Position numbers and translations under genes: made by a program
The notes under the pieces: model-generated
Databases searched by the model: none
What the model saw: only the letters and a program-made list of their open reading frames with translations
Told to the model about the DNA's origin: nothing
Assembly (NCBI GenBank): GCA_035637655.1
Contig: DASPWT010000112.1
Span: forward strand, 176-64,175
Direction: 5' to 3'
Source: Burkholderiales bacterium
GTDB taxonomy: Bacteria; Pseudomonadota; Gammaproteobacteria; Burkholderiales; SG8-39
DNA: 64,000 nt
Part shown: piece after piece, positions 18,933 through 28,927 of the stretch
Layout: every line of letters begins with the position of its first letter
Position numbering within the stretch: the stretch's first letter is position 1

Positions 18933-19150
18933 CCGAAGCGACGAAGGCGTTCCAAGAGCTCATCTCCGGTGATGTAGTCACCCCGCTCAATCTCCGCAAT
19001 CGAGGCGAGCAGCTCCTCTTCCTGTTCAGGAGTCAACTCAAAGGTTTCCTCATCCTCGCGCAAGACCACCGTCACCTTAGTGCCCTCCGCGGGCAACTCC
19101 CCTTCGACGACGACCTTTCCGTCTATGACCGTACCGGTAGCAACTTTCAT
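18929..19150 (-). CDS. Antitoxin partner of the ParE-like toxin (73 aa)
   Basis: ATG at 19150 (MKVATGTVIDGKVVVEGELPAEGTKVTVVL). The C-terminal half is acidic (LTPEQEEELLASIAEIERGD). It has 4-nt coupling to the toxin. The longer ORF-track start at 19255 has no support. Confidence 0.6.
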   Translation of the reverse strand: MKVATGTVIDGKVVVEGELPAEGTKVTVVLREDEETFELTPEQEEELLASIAEIERGDYITGDELLERLRRFG

Positions 19151-19262
19151 GGGGTAAATACTACTCCGAGTTAGGCCAGTAAGGGCTACTGTCCGAATTT
19201 CCTCGGGATGAAACCCCGCACAGGCGTGAGTTGTACTGCAGCAAGTTTTTTTCAACAGCGTG

Positions 19263-20348
19263 TCAGATCAAAAGACGGCTCGGCTGCCCGCGGCTCCCGA
19301 GGATAAGCGGCTCGCCGCCCAGCCAAGGGCCGTCGTCAAGCTCCAGCTGCAAGGAGAGGCAGGCTAGCGAACCGCCCGGAAGTGCCGATGGCGACGGTGT
19401 TTCCCCGGTTGCAACGATCGAAAGCGGCGGACTGCCGCGGCAGGTCTCGAGGGTCCAAGCGACCGTTTTTCCTGGTCGCACGCTATCTGCAACTTGAGGT
19501 TCGAGGGAAAGATTCGCCTCGTTCAGACGCTCGACGGTTTCGACAAAACGATCCGCGGCGTCGCGCCAGGACGGCGGAACCGCATGGGTGGAAACGCACC
19601 GGGTGATGCGTACCCACGTGGCCTTGTAAGCGACCGAGAGCTCGATCGCGTAGCGCTCGCCGAGGAGGGCGTCACCTTCGAATCTGCACAGCGTCGCGTC
19701 CGCGCGAAGGTCCGGCGCCAACCGAGGCAACACTTCTTCCGCACCGGCTAGCCGCGCCGAGCGTTCCAGCAGCGAAAGGAGTTCCGACGCGCGCTTCGCT
19801 CCTGTGGGAATCGCTTTGAACGCTTTCACGGCGATCGTTGCCGCGCGCCGCGCCAGCCGGATTTCCACTTCATCGGCCGGCTGGCGGATCGCGGCGAACA
19901 AGTCCGTCGCATCGACGACCGCTCTGCCGTATTCCGATTTCATGATCGGTTCGGCAACCGGCCAGGGCAGGGCATCGAGTTCGAGCACGCCGATGCGCAA
20001 GGGCTCTGGAGGACGTTCCTTCAAGAACGCCGCTGCGGCCCGGCCCAGGTCGGGAGCGGAACGCACTTCGCCCAAGTGACTGACGCTGCGGATCCAGTCG
20101 TGCACGCGCTTGGAAAACGCCGCAAGCAGCACCGGCGCTCCGGTCGGGAAGACCACGAGCAGCGCCTCGTTCCAGTACGGTACGAAATGCGTGAGCCAAG
20201 CCACGGCGCTCGGGCGCGCGAAAGACGTGTAGATGAGCGCGACGCCGAGTTCCGCGGCGCGCATTTGCTCCTGCAAGCGCGCCACGCGTCCTTCTAGGAC
20301 CGAGGGCGGCACTTCGTCGCGCGACCAGCTGATCAATCCGCGCCGCAT
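19263..20348 (-). CDS. M24/creatinase-like protein, apparently degenerate (metal ligands not recognisable)
   Basis: The N-terminal creatinase/prolidase-like domain and a pita-bread-like segment (EVEIRLARRAATIAVKAF ... ITRCV) resemble the upstream paralog. It is tightly packed after the M24 gene. Confidence 0.5.
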   Translation of the reverse strand: MRRGLISWSRDEVPPSVLEGRVARLQEQMRAAELGVALIYTSFARPSAVAWLTHFVPYWNEALLVVFPTGAPVLLAAFSKRVHDWIRSVSHLGEVRSAPDLGRAAAAFLKERPPEPLRIGVLELDALPWPVAEPIMKSEYGRAVVDATDLFAAIRQPADEVEIRLARRAATIAVKAFKAIPTGAKRASELLSLLERSARLAGAEEVLPRLAPDLRADATLCRFEGDALLGERYAIELSVAYKATWVRITRCVSTHAVPPSWRDAADRFVETVERLNEANLSLEPQVADSVRPGKTVAWTLETCRGSPPLSIVATGETPSPSALPGGSLACLSLQLELDDGPWLGGEPLILGSRGQPSRLLI

Positions 20349-20351
20349 GGC

Positions 20352-21470
20352 TCAGCCAGGAGGCACCGAAAACAGGCGGCGCGGAGTCCGGGTCAGGACC
20401 TCGCAGCCATCGGGTATTACGCGCACGGAATCGCCGTGCACGAAATATCCGACCTCCGGATGATAGGTGTTCGGATGGACAACGAGCGTCATGTCGGGCT
20501 CGAGATTCAGATCGACGTCCTCGAGCACGGCGGGGGGTCCGTCTACGTAGAGTCCGAGACCGTGGCCGCGCACACGCGTGTACTCCGAGGTCACATAGTC
20601 GCCGAGGCCATGGCGGCGAAATACTTCGTTTTGCGCTCGCGCGACGTCTCTCGCCCTGGCTCCGGGGCGAACGGCCGCGATGCCGGCTTCGAGAGCCTCG
20701 TTGTAGACGGCGAAGGCGCGTTCCTGCGTCCTGCTCGGTACTCCGAGCACGAGAGTGCGGCAGATCTGCGCGTAATAACCGTCCACGCACGGGGTCAGCT
20801 CGGTCGTCACCAGATCGCCGGGCGCGAGGCGCCGTTCCGTCGGCGGATGCATTCCGCGCACCTCCCGGCCGCCGGAGCCGAGGATCTGGAAATTTTCCGG
20901 GCAGCCGCGGGAGCGCAAGAAAGCTTCGACTTCCGCGACGAGCGCATACTCGGGCCGCCCGACGCGAGCCGCTTCGCGAAAAACGGCATAGCCTTCGTCG
21001 GCGAGGACGGCGGCGCGGCGAAATGCCTCGATCTCGGACGGCGACTTCCGCAGCATCAGGCGATCGAGCAAGGCCGTCGCCGGCGCGATGCTTGCGACCA
21101 GCGGCCCCATCGCAAGGCGATAGGGCACCGCGGCGAGCGGCGCGAGCGCGATCCGCTGCCCGCCGAGCTCGCGGATCGCGGTCTCGGTTTCTTCGATCGC
21201 GGAGAGCGACCATCTCACATCGAGGTCCGCCTGCTCCGAGCGGAGGCGCGCGGCCTCGGCCGGGTGTTCGACGATGATCCGGCGCGGCCCGCTGCGGTCG
21301 ATGAACGCAAAAGCGTGCCCTTCAACCGGGGTGATGTCGGCCGCAAAACGCAGATAGTCGCTCCGCCACGGATTCCCGGCGACGACGAGGATGTCGATCC
21401 CCTCGTCCGCCATCGCCGCGACGAGCCGGACGCGCCTCTCGGCGCGCGCGTTTCCGGGAATCGCGCTCAC
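20352..21470 (-). CDS. M24-family peptidase/hydrolase (Xaa-Pro dipeptidase, creatinase or ectoine-hydrolase-like)
   Basis: GTG at 21470 overlaps the stop of the upstream Bug gene (GTGA). Contains KSPSEIEAFRRAA, PGDLVTTELTPCVDGYYAQICRT and RGHGLGL. The ORF-track start at 21686 lies inside the Bug gene and is rejected. Confidence 0.7.
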   Translation of the reverse strand: MSAIPGNARAERRVRLVAAMADEGIDILVVAGNPWRSDYLRFAADITPVEGHAFAFIDRSGPRRIIVEHPAEAARLRSEQADLDVRWSLSAIEETETAIRELGGQRIALAPLAAVPYRLAMGPLVASIAPATALLDRLMLRKSPSEIEAFRRAAVLADEGYAVFREAARVGRPEYALVAEVEAFLRSRGCPENFQILGSGGREVRGMHPPTERRLAPGDLVTTELTPCVDGYYAQICRTLVLGVPSRTQERAFAVYNEALEAGIAAVRPGARARDVARAQNEVFRRHGLGDYVTSEYTRVRGHGLGLYVDGPPAVLEDVDLNLEPDMTLVVHPNTYHPEVGYFVHGDSVRVIPDGCEVLTRTPRRLFSVPPG

Positions 21471-22435
21471 TCCGGCTTGATTCCGCCCAGCTCGACGATG
21501 GACTTGTAGCGCGCCGATTCCGATTTGAGGAAGCCCGCTGTCGCGGCGGGCGCAAGTCCGATCGCAAGGTGGCCGAAGTCGCTCACGCGCTTGCGCACTG
21601 CCGGGTCTGCAAGGGCCGTCCGGAACTCTGCAGCCAAGCGCTCGATGATGCGTGAATTCGTGCCGCGAGGTGCCGCGAGCACCCACCAGTTGCCGCCGAC
21701 CAGCTGCGGAAACCCCGCTTCGACTGTCGTCGGGACATCGGGCAGCTCGGCCATGCGCGCTCGCGCCATCACCGCGAGCACTTTGAGCCTGCCCGCTCTC
21801 ACGGGTCCGATGATTCCGGTCAAGGTGGGAAAAGCGACCTGGATGTCGCCGGCGAGCAGCGCCTGGACCATCGGGGGCGTACCCTTGTACGGCACGTAGA
21901 CCATCGAGTTTCCGGTCTGCTGTGAAAATGCAGCGCCGGTGAGATGCGCGGGCGAGCCGGACCCCGGAGAGCCGTAGTTGAACTTGCCCCGATTGGCGCG
22001 CACGTATTCAGCCAGCTCCTTGAGCGATTTCGCGGGCACGTTTGCCCCGATCACCGCGAGCAGCGGAGCATCGGCGAGCAGAGAGATCGGATCGAGCGCG
22101 GTCAGCGGATCGAAGCCGAGATTCTTGAACATGTGAGGCGTCACGGCAAAGACGGCCGTCGGCCCGAGCAGCAAGGTGTAGCCGTCCGGCGCGGCGCGCA
22201 CGACTTCGCCCGTGCCGATGGCGCCGTCGGCGCCCGGTTTGCTCTCCACGACGAAGCGTTGCCCGAGATTCACTTCGATTCCCGGGGAGATTGTCCGGAA
22301 TATGGCTTCGGACACGCTTCCCGCGGCGAACGGGATGACCACGCGAATGGGCCTGCTGGGCCAGTCCTGCGCGAAGCCGGCCGCCGGAGGAAGCGCGAGC
22401 AGCCCGGCGCTCAGGAGTGCCAAAATGGGTCTCAC
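21467..22435 (-). CDS. Bug-family (TctC-like) substrate-binding protein
   Basis: A signal peptide ending GFAQD is followed by RPIRVVIPFAAGS, then YGSPGSGSPAHLTGAAF and VPYKGTPPMVQALLAGD. Confidence 0.8.
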   Translation of the reverse strand: MRPILALLSAGLLALPPAAGFAQDWPSRPIRVVIPFAAGSVSEAIFRTISPGIEVNLGQRFVVESKPGADGAIGTGEVVRAAPDGYTLLLGPTAVFAVTPHMFKNLGFDPLTALDPISLLADAPLLAVIGANVPAKSLKELAEYVRANRGKFNYGSPGSGSPAHLTGAAFSQQTGNSMVYVPYKGTPPMVQALLAGDIQVAFPTLTGIIGPVRAGRLKVLAVMARARMAELPDVPTTVEAGFPQLVGGNWWVLAAPRGTNSRIIERLAAEFRTALADPAVRKRVSDFGHLAIGLAPAATAGFLKSESARYKSIVELGGIKPE

Positions 22436-22482
22436 CGGGGCTTGCTCCGCTCAAAAGAGCGGATTCTATATTGGGACGACCG

Positions 22483-22971
22483 ATGTCCGGCAACAAGTTC
22501 GGCGTTTTATTCGTCTGCACGGGAAACATCTGCCGCTCGCCGACCGCAGAGGCGATTTTTCGAAAGCTGGCTGCCGATGCGGGGATGGCGGAGACGGTGA
22601 CGGCCGATTCGGCCGGCACCCACGGTTACCATGTCGGAGAACCCCCCGATCCTCGGGCGCAGAAGGCGGCGGCGAAACGCGGCTACGATCTCAGCGGTCT
22701 GCGCGCGCGCACGATCGAGGACGCGGATTTTCGGCGCTTCGACCTGATCCTGGCGATGGACCAGGATCACTACGCGATGCTCTCGCGTAGTGCGGGGTCC
22801 TCGGGCGACCCCAAGCTGAAACTGATGATGTCCTACGCGCAGCGCTTCAAAGAGCGGGACGTGCCGGATCCCTACTACGGCGGACCGCAGGGATTCGAGC
22901 GGGTGCTCGACATGCTCGAGGACGCGGCGAAGGGCTTGCTGGAATCCTTGCGAAAGCGCTCCGGCCCTTAA
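22483..22971 (+). CDS. Low-molecular-weight protein-tyrosine phosphatase
   Basis: ATG at 22483. The CX5R(S) loop is [10 protein letters not shown] and the DP loop is VPDPYYG. Confidence 0.85.
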   Translation: MSGNKFGVLFVCTGNICRSPTAEAIFRKLAADAGMAETVTADSAGTHGYHVGEPPDPRAQKAAAKRGYDLSGLRARTIEDADFRRFDLILAMDQDHYAMLSRSAGSSGDPKLKLMMSYAQRFKERDVPDPYYGGPQGFERVLDMLEDAAKGLLESLRKRSGP

Positions 22972-25565
22972 GCCTTCGGAGTCGGGGGTTCGCGCCCGGT
23001 TTCCACCTGGACCAGGGGCTCGTCCAGATCGGGAGGAGGCGCTCGGCGCTCCCGCTTGGCTGGCACAAATTTCGGTTCCGGCTCCACTGCCGACCCGGCC
23101 GTGGAGCCCGAACGCGTCTGGACCAACTCCAACCCGCTTTCCTTGAGCGCGCGCTCGATCTCCGCCGGGTCCGGCTCGCGCGGGGCGGGCGATAAAGTCG
23201 CGGCCAACGGAGCCGGAGGGGTGGGCCCGGATTCCGGCTGAGGTTTCACAGCCATCACAAGCTCATGCGCCTGCTCGTGCTCGACCGATTCCGGGGGCGC
23301 TGTGAACTCTTGTGCGGCAGGCACCGATGCCGGTCTTTCGGTCGGGGCGGGACCCGCTGCGACGCGGGTTTCCTCGCTCCGAGGTGCCGGCGGCGGAGGC
23401 CCGCGGCGCTCACCCCGTTCGCCGCGGTCGCGGCCGCCGCGACGCCGGCGCTTGCGCTCGTGATCGCCTTCCCGCGGGTCGGACGCCCCGGCGTGGGGGG
23501 CCGGCGTGCGTCCGTGTTCCTGCGGACGCTGCTCCCGTGCATCATGCCGTTCCGCAGGTGCACGATCCTGCCTCTCGGGACGCTCGCCGCGCGGCGGCCT
23601 TTGTTCTCCCCTTTGTTCTCCGAATGGGCGATCGGGGCGCGAGTTGCGGTCTTGGCGGTCCTGGCGTTGCGGCCGTTCACCGCGGTGATCGCGCCCGCGT
23701 CCCTGACGCGGGTCCGGGCGCTCGTTGCGGCCGCGGAAGCGGTCGCCGCGGTCGCGGAATTCCGGCCGGACTGCCTGTTGTTCGCGGCGTGGCGCTGCCG
23801 CCGGTTGAAGGCCGGCAGGAGCGGCGCTGTCGCGTTTGAACCAACCGAAGATGCGATCGATGATGCCCGGATGCTGTTCGGCCGGGCGCAGCACCTGGGG
23901 TCTAGTCTGCCGCGCGCTCATCGGCGCAGGCTGCTCCGGCGTGACGCCTTGCACCGCGGCTTGCTGGCGCGGCGGGCGTGCCTCCTGCGCCGCAGGTTCC
24001 CTGGCTTCTTCTTCGACCGGCGCGGTGACGAGGTTATAGCTCGCGGGCAGCGCATCGGCCTGATTCAGGTCGTCGTGACGAAGGCGTTCGACCTTGTAGT
24101 TGGGAGTCTCAAGATTCGTGTTCGGGATCAGCACCACGTTGACCTTCAGCCGCGCTTCGATCGAATGGATGTCGGCGCGCTTCTCGTTGAGCAGGAACGT
24201 GGCGACGTCCACCGGCACCTGGGCGTGCACCGCGGCGCTGTTCTCCTTCATCGCTTCTTCCTGGATGATCCGCAAGATATGCAGCGCAGTCGATTCGGTG
24301 CCGCGGATGTGACCGGTGCCGTTGCAGCGCGGGCAGGTGATGTTGCTGCCCTCGCCGAGCGAAGGGCGCAGGCGCTGGCGCGACAGCTCCATCAGGCCGA
24401 AACGCGAGATCTTGCCCATCTGCACCCGCGCACGGTCGTAGCGCAGCGCGTCGCGCAGACGAGTCTCTACTTCGCGCTGGTTGCGCTGGTTCTCCATGTC
24501 GATGAAGTCGATGACGATGAGGCCGCCGAGGTCGCGCAACCGCATCTGGCGGGCGATCTCGTCGGCCGCCTCGGCATTGGTGTGAAACGCCGTCTGCTCG
24601 ATGTCGTGGCCGCGCGTGGCGCGCGCCGAATTGACGTCGATCGAGACGAGCGCTTCGGTGTGGTCGATCACCACCGCGCCTCCGGAAGGGAGCGACACCT
24701 GGCGCGAGTAGGCAGTCTCGATCTGATGTTCGATCTGGAAGCGCGAGAACAGCGGCACGTCGTCGCGGTAACGCTTCACCCGCCCCACGTTGTCGGGCAT
24801 GACGTTGCTCATGAACGCCATCGTCTGCTCGTAGATCGGATCGGTGTCGATCAGGATCTCGCCGATGTCGGGCTGGAAGTAGTCGCGGATTGCGCGGATG
24901 ACGAGGCTGCCTTCCTGGTAGATGAGGAACGGCGCCGGGTTGAGGAGCTTGCCTTCGGAGTCGCGCGCCGGCTCGGTCGCCTCGACGATCTTGCCCCAGA
25001 GCTTGAGCAGATAGGTCAAGTCCCACTGCAGCTCTTCGTAGGAGCGGCTGATGCCGGCGGTGCGGCCGATGATGCTCATCCCGGCCGGAACGTCGAGCTT
25101 GTCCATGATCTCGCGCAGCTCGTCGCGATCCTCGCCCTCCACGCGGCGCGACACGCCGCCGCCGCGCGGATTGTTCGGCATCAGTACGAGGTAGCGTCCG
25201 GCCAGACTGATGAAGGTGGTGAGCGCAGCGCCCTTGTTGCCGCGCTCGTCCTTCTCGACCTGGACGATCAGCTCCTGGCCTTCGGAAAGAGCGTCCTGGA
25301 TGCGCGCGCGGCCGACGTCGACGCCGGGCCTGAAATACTGGCGCGCGACCTCCTTGAAGGGAAGAAATCCGTGGCGCTCGGTGCCGTAGTCCACGAACGC
25401 GGCTTCGAGGCTGGGCTCGACCCGCGTGATGACGCCCTTGTAGATGTTGCTTTTTCTTTGTTCCTTGGCGGCCGATTCGATGTCGAGGTCGATGAGTTTC
25501 TGACCTTCGACGATCGCGACACGGAGTTCCTCCGCCTGTGTCGCATTGAAAAGCATGCGCTTCAT
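22968..25565 (-). CDS. rne: Ribonuclease E
   Basis: ATG at 25565 ([24 protein letters not shown]). It has S1 and catalytic domains ([24 protein letters not shown] zinc link) and a long Arg/Pro/Glu-rich C-terminal scaffold. Confidence 0.95.
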   Translation of the reverse strand: MKRMLFNATQAEELRVAIVEGQKLIDLDIESAAKEQRKSNIYKGVITRVEPSLEAAFVDYGTERHGFLPFKEVARQYFRPGVDVGRARIQDALSEGQELIVQVEKDERGNKGAALTTFISLAGRYLVLMPNNPRGGGVSRRVEGEDRDELREIMDKLDVPAGMSIIGRTAGISRSYEELQWDLTYLLKLWGKIVEATEPARDSEGKLLNPAPFLIYQEGSLVIRAIRDYFQPDIGEILIDTDPIYEQTMAFMSNVMPDNVGRVKRYRDDVPLFSRFQIEHQIETAYSRQVSLPSGGAVVIDHTEALVSIDVNSARATRGHDIEQTAFHTNAEAADEIARQMRLRDLGGLIVIDFIDMENQRNQREVETRLRDALRYDRARVQMGKISRFGLMELSRQRLRPSLGEGSNITCPRCNGTGHIRGTESTALHILRIIQEEAMKENSAAVHAQVPVDVATFLLNEKRADIHSIEARLKVNVVLIPNTNLETPNYKVERLRHDDLNQADALPASYNLVTAPVEEEAREPAAQEARPPRQQAAVQGVTPEQPAPMSARQTRPQVLRPAEQHPGIIDRIFGWFKRDSAAPAGLQPAAAPRREQQAVRPEFRDRGDRFRGRNERPDPRQGRGRDHRGERPQRQDRQDRNSRPDRPFGEQRGEQRPPRGERPERQDRAPAERHDAREQRPQEHGRTPAPHAGASDPREGDHERKRRRRGGRDRGERGERRGPPPPAPRSEETRVAAGPAPTERPASVPAAQEFTAPPESVEHEQAHELVMAVKPQPESGPTPPAPLAATLSPAPREPDPAEIERALKESGLELVQTRSGSTAGSAVEPEPKFVPAKRERRAPPPDLDEPLVQVETGREPPTPKA

Positions 25566-25931
25566 TGCTCTCTTCTCCCGCGCGCACGGGCAGGACAAAC
25601 CAAGAGCCTTATTGTGAAGGCTGATCTCGCATCATCGATCCTGGGATCATGAGAACGCGGTAATTTGGCTTGTCGGATTGGATCGCTGCAGTGCAGGATC
25701 CGGTCAATTCTGCCGATATGCTGTTGGCGCGCTGTTCAATTACCATCACTGGTTGGATAACCAACCGCCTTTGCCGGCTTCGGGTTCGTGCGCTCGCAAA
25801 TCCGGCCTGGGCCTCGAGCAGCGGCGGAACCGGGGACACGGTAGCTAGTCTTGTCGGGGGGCGAAATTTCGCACCGTCGCACTCACAAGCAGCCGTCCCG
25901 CAACGGAAGCAGCCCGCAGATCATAAACAAA
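25566..25931 (-). promoter_or_regulatory. Divergent rne/rluC intergenic region containing the long rne 5' leader
   Basis: A 366-nt non-coding gap upstream of rne with a divergent rluC. Long autoregulatory rne leaders are established in other proteobacteria. No specific structure was verified here. Confidence 0.4.
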
Positions 25932-26855
25932 ATGAAGGATTTAAGCAACGCCTTTGCGGTCGAGGTCGATAGCGCGAGCGAAGGCCAGCGCGTGGACAAC
26001 TTTCTATTGCGCCTGTGCAAGGGGGTGCCGCGCAGCCATGTCTACCGCATCCTGCGCACCGGCCAAGTGAGGGTCAACAGCCGCCGCGTCGATGCGACCT
26101 ACCGCCTGCAGCCAGGGGACCGAGTGCGGATTCCGCCGATGCGCCTGCCCCGGCGCGCGGAGAAAACCGCGCCGCCGCTCGATCTGCCAGTGGTCTACGA
26201 GGACGACGCGCTGCTGGTGGTGGACAAGCCGGCCGGCACCGCGGTGCACGGCGGGAGCGGCATCAGCTTCGGGGTGATCGAGCAGATGCGGGCTGCGAGG
26301 CCGCAGCTCAGGTTTCTGGAGCTTGCGCACCGGCTCGATCGCGAGACCTCGGGACTGCTGATCCTCGCCAAGAAACGCTCGGCGCTGACCGCGCTGCACG
26401 CCGCGCTGCGCGAAGGTCGGGTGAGGAAGGAATACCTGGCCCTGGTGAAGGGAAGCTGGCGCAACGACAAGCAGCATGTCAGCCTTCCGCTGAAAAACTT
26501 CCTCACCCGGTCCGGAGAGCGGCGCGTAAGCGTCGACCGCGAGGGCAGGGAGTCGCAGACGGTTTTCCGGAAGAAAAGGGAAATCCGCGATTACACGCTG
26601 CTGTCGGCGCAGCTGCTGACCGGCCGCACTCATCAAATCCGCGTCCATCTCAGCCACCTCGGATTTCCGATCGCGGGTGATGACAAGTACGGCGACTTCG
26701 AGCTCAACCGCGCGCTGGCGAAGCAGGGCCTGAAGCGCATGTTCCTGCACGCGTTCGAGTTGGAGTTCAAGCATCCGCTTTCGGGGGACACGATGAAGCT
26801 TCGCTCGCCACTGCCCGAGCCGCTGGGACGTTTCCTGGACTCCCTGTCGGCCTGA
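25932..26855 (+). CDS. rluC: 23S rRNA pseudouridine synthase, RluC-like (RluA family with S4 domain)
   Basis: ATG at 25932. The S4 domain is QRVDNFLLRL...RILRTGQVRVN, the catalytic motif is HRLDRETSGLLILAK, and GRTHQIRVH is present. It is divergent from rne as in many proteobacteria. Confidence 0.85.
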   Translation: MKDLSNAFAVEVDSASEGQRVDNFLLRLCKGVPRSHVYRILRTGQVRVNSRRVDATYRLQPGDRVRIPPMRLPRRAEKTAPPLDLPVVYEDDALLVVDKPAGTAVHGGSGISFGVIEQMRAARPQLRFLELAHRLDRETSGLLILAKKRSALTALHAALREGRVRKEYLALVKGSWRNDKQHVSLPLKNFLTRSGERRVSVDREGRESQTVFRKKREIRDYTLLSAQLLTGRTHQIRVHLSHLGFPIAGDDKYGDFELNRALAKQGLKRMFLHAFELEFKHPLSGDTMKLRSPLPEPLGRFLDSLSA

Positions 26856-26909
26856 TGTGCCGCGAATTGCTAGTATTCGAGCTTTCCTGGAAAGTATCGA
26901 CGAGTTGAT

Positions 26910-27275
26910 GTGATGGCTCCTGAAGAACGCGTAATTTGTTCGAGCGCCGATCTGTCGGATTCGGGCGACGGGGTACGCTTCGAGGTCGAATTGGACCGAA
27001 AGCCCGAGCCGGCGTTCGCGGTGCGCTACCGGGGCCGGGTCTATGCCTACCTCAACCGCTGCGCGCACATGCCGATGGAGCTGGACTGGAAACCCGGCAA
27101 GTTTTTTGATGTCTGGGGCCTGCATTTGATATGCTCGACGCACGGTGCGACCTACGCGCCGGATACAGGCCTATGTCTTCGCGGCCCTTGCTTCGAGGAG
27201 GGCCTCATTCCGATCCCCGTCGAGGAACGGGACGGCCTTGTCATCATGAAGGACAGCCTACGTGGCCGAAGGTAA
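26910..27275 (+). CDS. Rieske [2Fe-2S] domain protein
   Basis: Contains CAHMPMEL (CxH) and CSTHGATY (CxxH). The start is GTG 26910 or ATG 26913. Confidence 0.75.
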   Translation: MMAPEERVICSSADLSDSGDGVRFEVELDRKPEPAFAVRYRGRVYAYLNRCAHMPMELDWKPGKFFDVWGLHLICSTHGATYAPDTGLCLRGPCFEEGLIPIPVEERDGLVIMKDSLRGRR

Positions 27276-28200
27276 CTGGGAACGGGACGTGATCGAGACG
27301 CTGGCGACCGCTGCTCTCAAGGAGCAGCGCCGCGCCCGCCGCTGGGGCATTTTCTTCAAGCTGCTCGGCTTTGCCTATCTCACGCTGCTCGTGCTGCTCG
27401 CGCTCGACTGGCGCGGACACGACGGCCTCACTTCGGGCAAACACACCGCGCTGGTCGATGTGGTGGGCGTAATCGACCCCAAAGGTGACGCGAGCGCCGA
27501 CCGCGTCACCGAGTCCCTGCAGAACGCTTTCAAAAACAAGAATACCCAGGGCGTGATCCTGCGCATCAATTCGCCGGGCGGAAGCCCCGTGCAAGCCGGG
27601 ATCATCTATGACGAGATCCGCCGGCTCCGGGGACTTTATCCCAACGTTCCCATGTATGCCGTTGTCGAGGACATCTGCGCCTCGGGCGGCTACTACATCG
27701 CCGCCGCCGCCGATAAAATCTACGTGGATAAGGCGAGCATCATCGGGTCGATCGGCGTGATCATGGACGGCTGGGGCTTCACCGGCACCATGGAGAAACT
27801 CGGCGTGGAGCGGCGCGCCCTCACCTCCGGCGAGAACAAGGCGTTCCTCGATCCGTTTTCGCCGGTCGACGAGAAGCAGAAGCGCCACGCCCAGTCGATG
27901 CTGGACGAAATCCACAAGCAATTCATCGATGTCGTGAGGAAAGGGCGGGGCAAGCGGCTCCGAGAGAGCTCCGAAATGTTCTCCGGGCTGCTGTGGACGG
28001 GCGAGAAAAGCATCGAGCTGGGACTTTCGGACGGCTTGGGGAGCGTCGATTTCGTGGCGCGCGAAGTGATCAAGGCCGAGGACATCTTCGATTACACGAA
28101 GAAGCAGGATTTCACCGAGCGTTTTGCCAAGCGTTTCGGCGCGGCGATTGCGAGCGCGCTCGCCAAGGTGCTGGCGCGGGGGCAGCTGAGCTTACGCTAG
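27262..28200 (+). CDS. sppA: Signal peptide peptidase SppA, 36K type (S49)
   Basis: GTG start with an N-terminal TM. Contains INSPGGSPVQAG, CASGGYYIAAAADKIY and GSIGV. Confidence 0.8.
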   Translation: MAEGNWERDVIETLATAALKEQRRARRWGIFFKLLGFAYLTLLVLLALDWRGHDGLTSGKHTALVDVVGVIDPKGDASADRVTESLQNAFKNKNTQGVILRINSPGGSPVQAGIIYDEIRRLRGLYPNVPMYAVVEDICASGGYYIAAAADKIYVDKASIIGSIGVIMDGWGFTGTMEKLGVERRALTSGENKAFLDPFSPVDEKQKRHAQSMLDEIHKQFIDVVRKGRGKRLRESSEMFSGLLWTGEKSIELGLSDGLGSVDFVAREVIKAEDIFDYTKKQDFTERFAKRFGAAIASALAKVLARGQLSLR

Positions 28201-28207
28201 CCGGGGT

Positions 28208-28927
28208 TTACTCCGCCAGCAAGAGGAACACCGTCGGCCGTCCCTTGAGCTGCGGCGATCGCTTGCGCCACGCCGCGACGGATTGCGTTCTCACCATTTC
28301 CGATTCCAGCGTTAGATCGGCGGCGACACACACGAGCGTGGCCGGGGCGAGGGCGCGCAGCATCGTCGCCAGAGTGCGGTCATTGCGGTAGGGCGTCTCG
28401 ATGAATATCTGAGTCTGCTTGAGCTTGCGCGACTGGCGTTCGCATTCCTTCAATGTAGAGGCAAGCTCAGGTTCCGCGATCGGTAGGTAGCCGTGGAACA
28501 CGAAGCGCTGTCCGTCGAGGCCTGAGGCCGAGAGCGCAAGCACGATCGACGAGGGTCCGCTCAGGGGTACGACGCGCACGCCTCGCTCGTGCGCGAGCCG
28601 AACGAGTCCCGCTCCGGGGTCGGCGACCGCGGGCAGTCCGGCTTCGGAAAGGAGTCCCGCATCGCTGCCGGTGAGGAGCGGCTCGAGAAAAGCCGGAATA
28701 TCGCTTGCCCGGGTGTTGTGGTCGAGCCGCTCTACGTGGATTCTCTGCAGCGGTCGCGTCGGCGCGATGCGTTTCAGGAAAGCGCGCGCCGCTTTGGGGT
28801 TCTCGGCAATGATGTAATCGAGCAAACGGGCGCGATCGAGCACGGCACGCGGAATAACCGCCTCCGGTGCGAGGTCACCCAGCGTGTTGGGCAGGAGATA
28901 AAGTGAGCCTCTGCGGTCAGAGGACAT
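28208..28927 (-). CDS. SAM-dependent methyltransferase, tetrapyrrole-methylase superfamily (RsmI/YraL-like)
   Basis: Contains LYLLPNTLGD, LLSEAGLPAVADPG and IETPYRN. Confidence 0.65.
   Translation of the reverse strand: MSSDRRGSLYLLPNTLGDLAPEAVIPRAVLDRARLLDYIIAENPKAARAFLKRIAPTRPLQRIHVERLDHNTRASDIPAFLEPLLTGSDAGLLSEAGLPAVADPGAGLVRLAHERGVRVVPLSGPSSIVLALSASGLDGQRFVFHGYLPIAEPELASTLKECERQSRKLKQTQIFIETPYRNDRTLATMLRALAPATLVCVAADLTLESEMVRTQSVAAWRKRSPQLKGRPTVFLLLAE

Noticed and set aside
23265-25652. A 795-aa plus-strand ORF, and other long ORFs, overlapping rne.
   Set aside because: It is antisense or out of frame to an unmistakable RNase E. Its composition is driven by the GC-rich repetitive scaffold region, and it has no recognisable domain.
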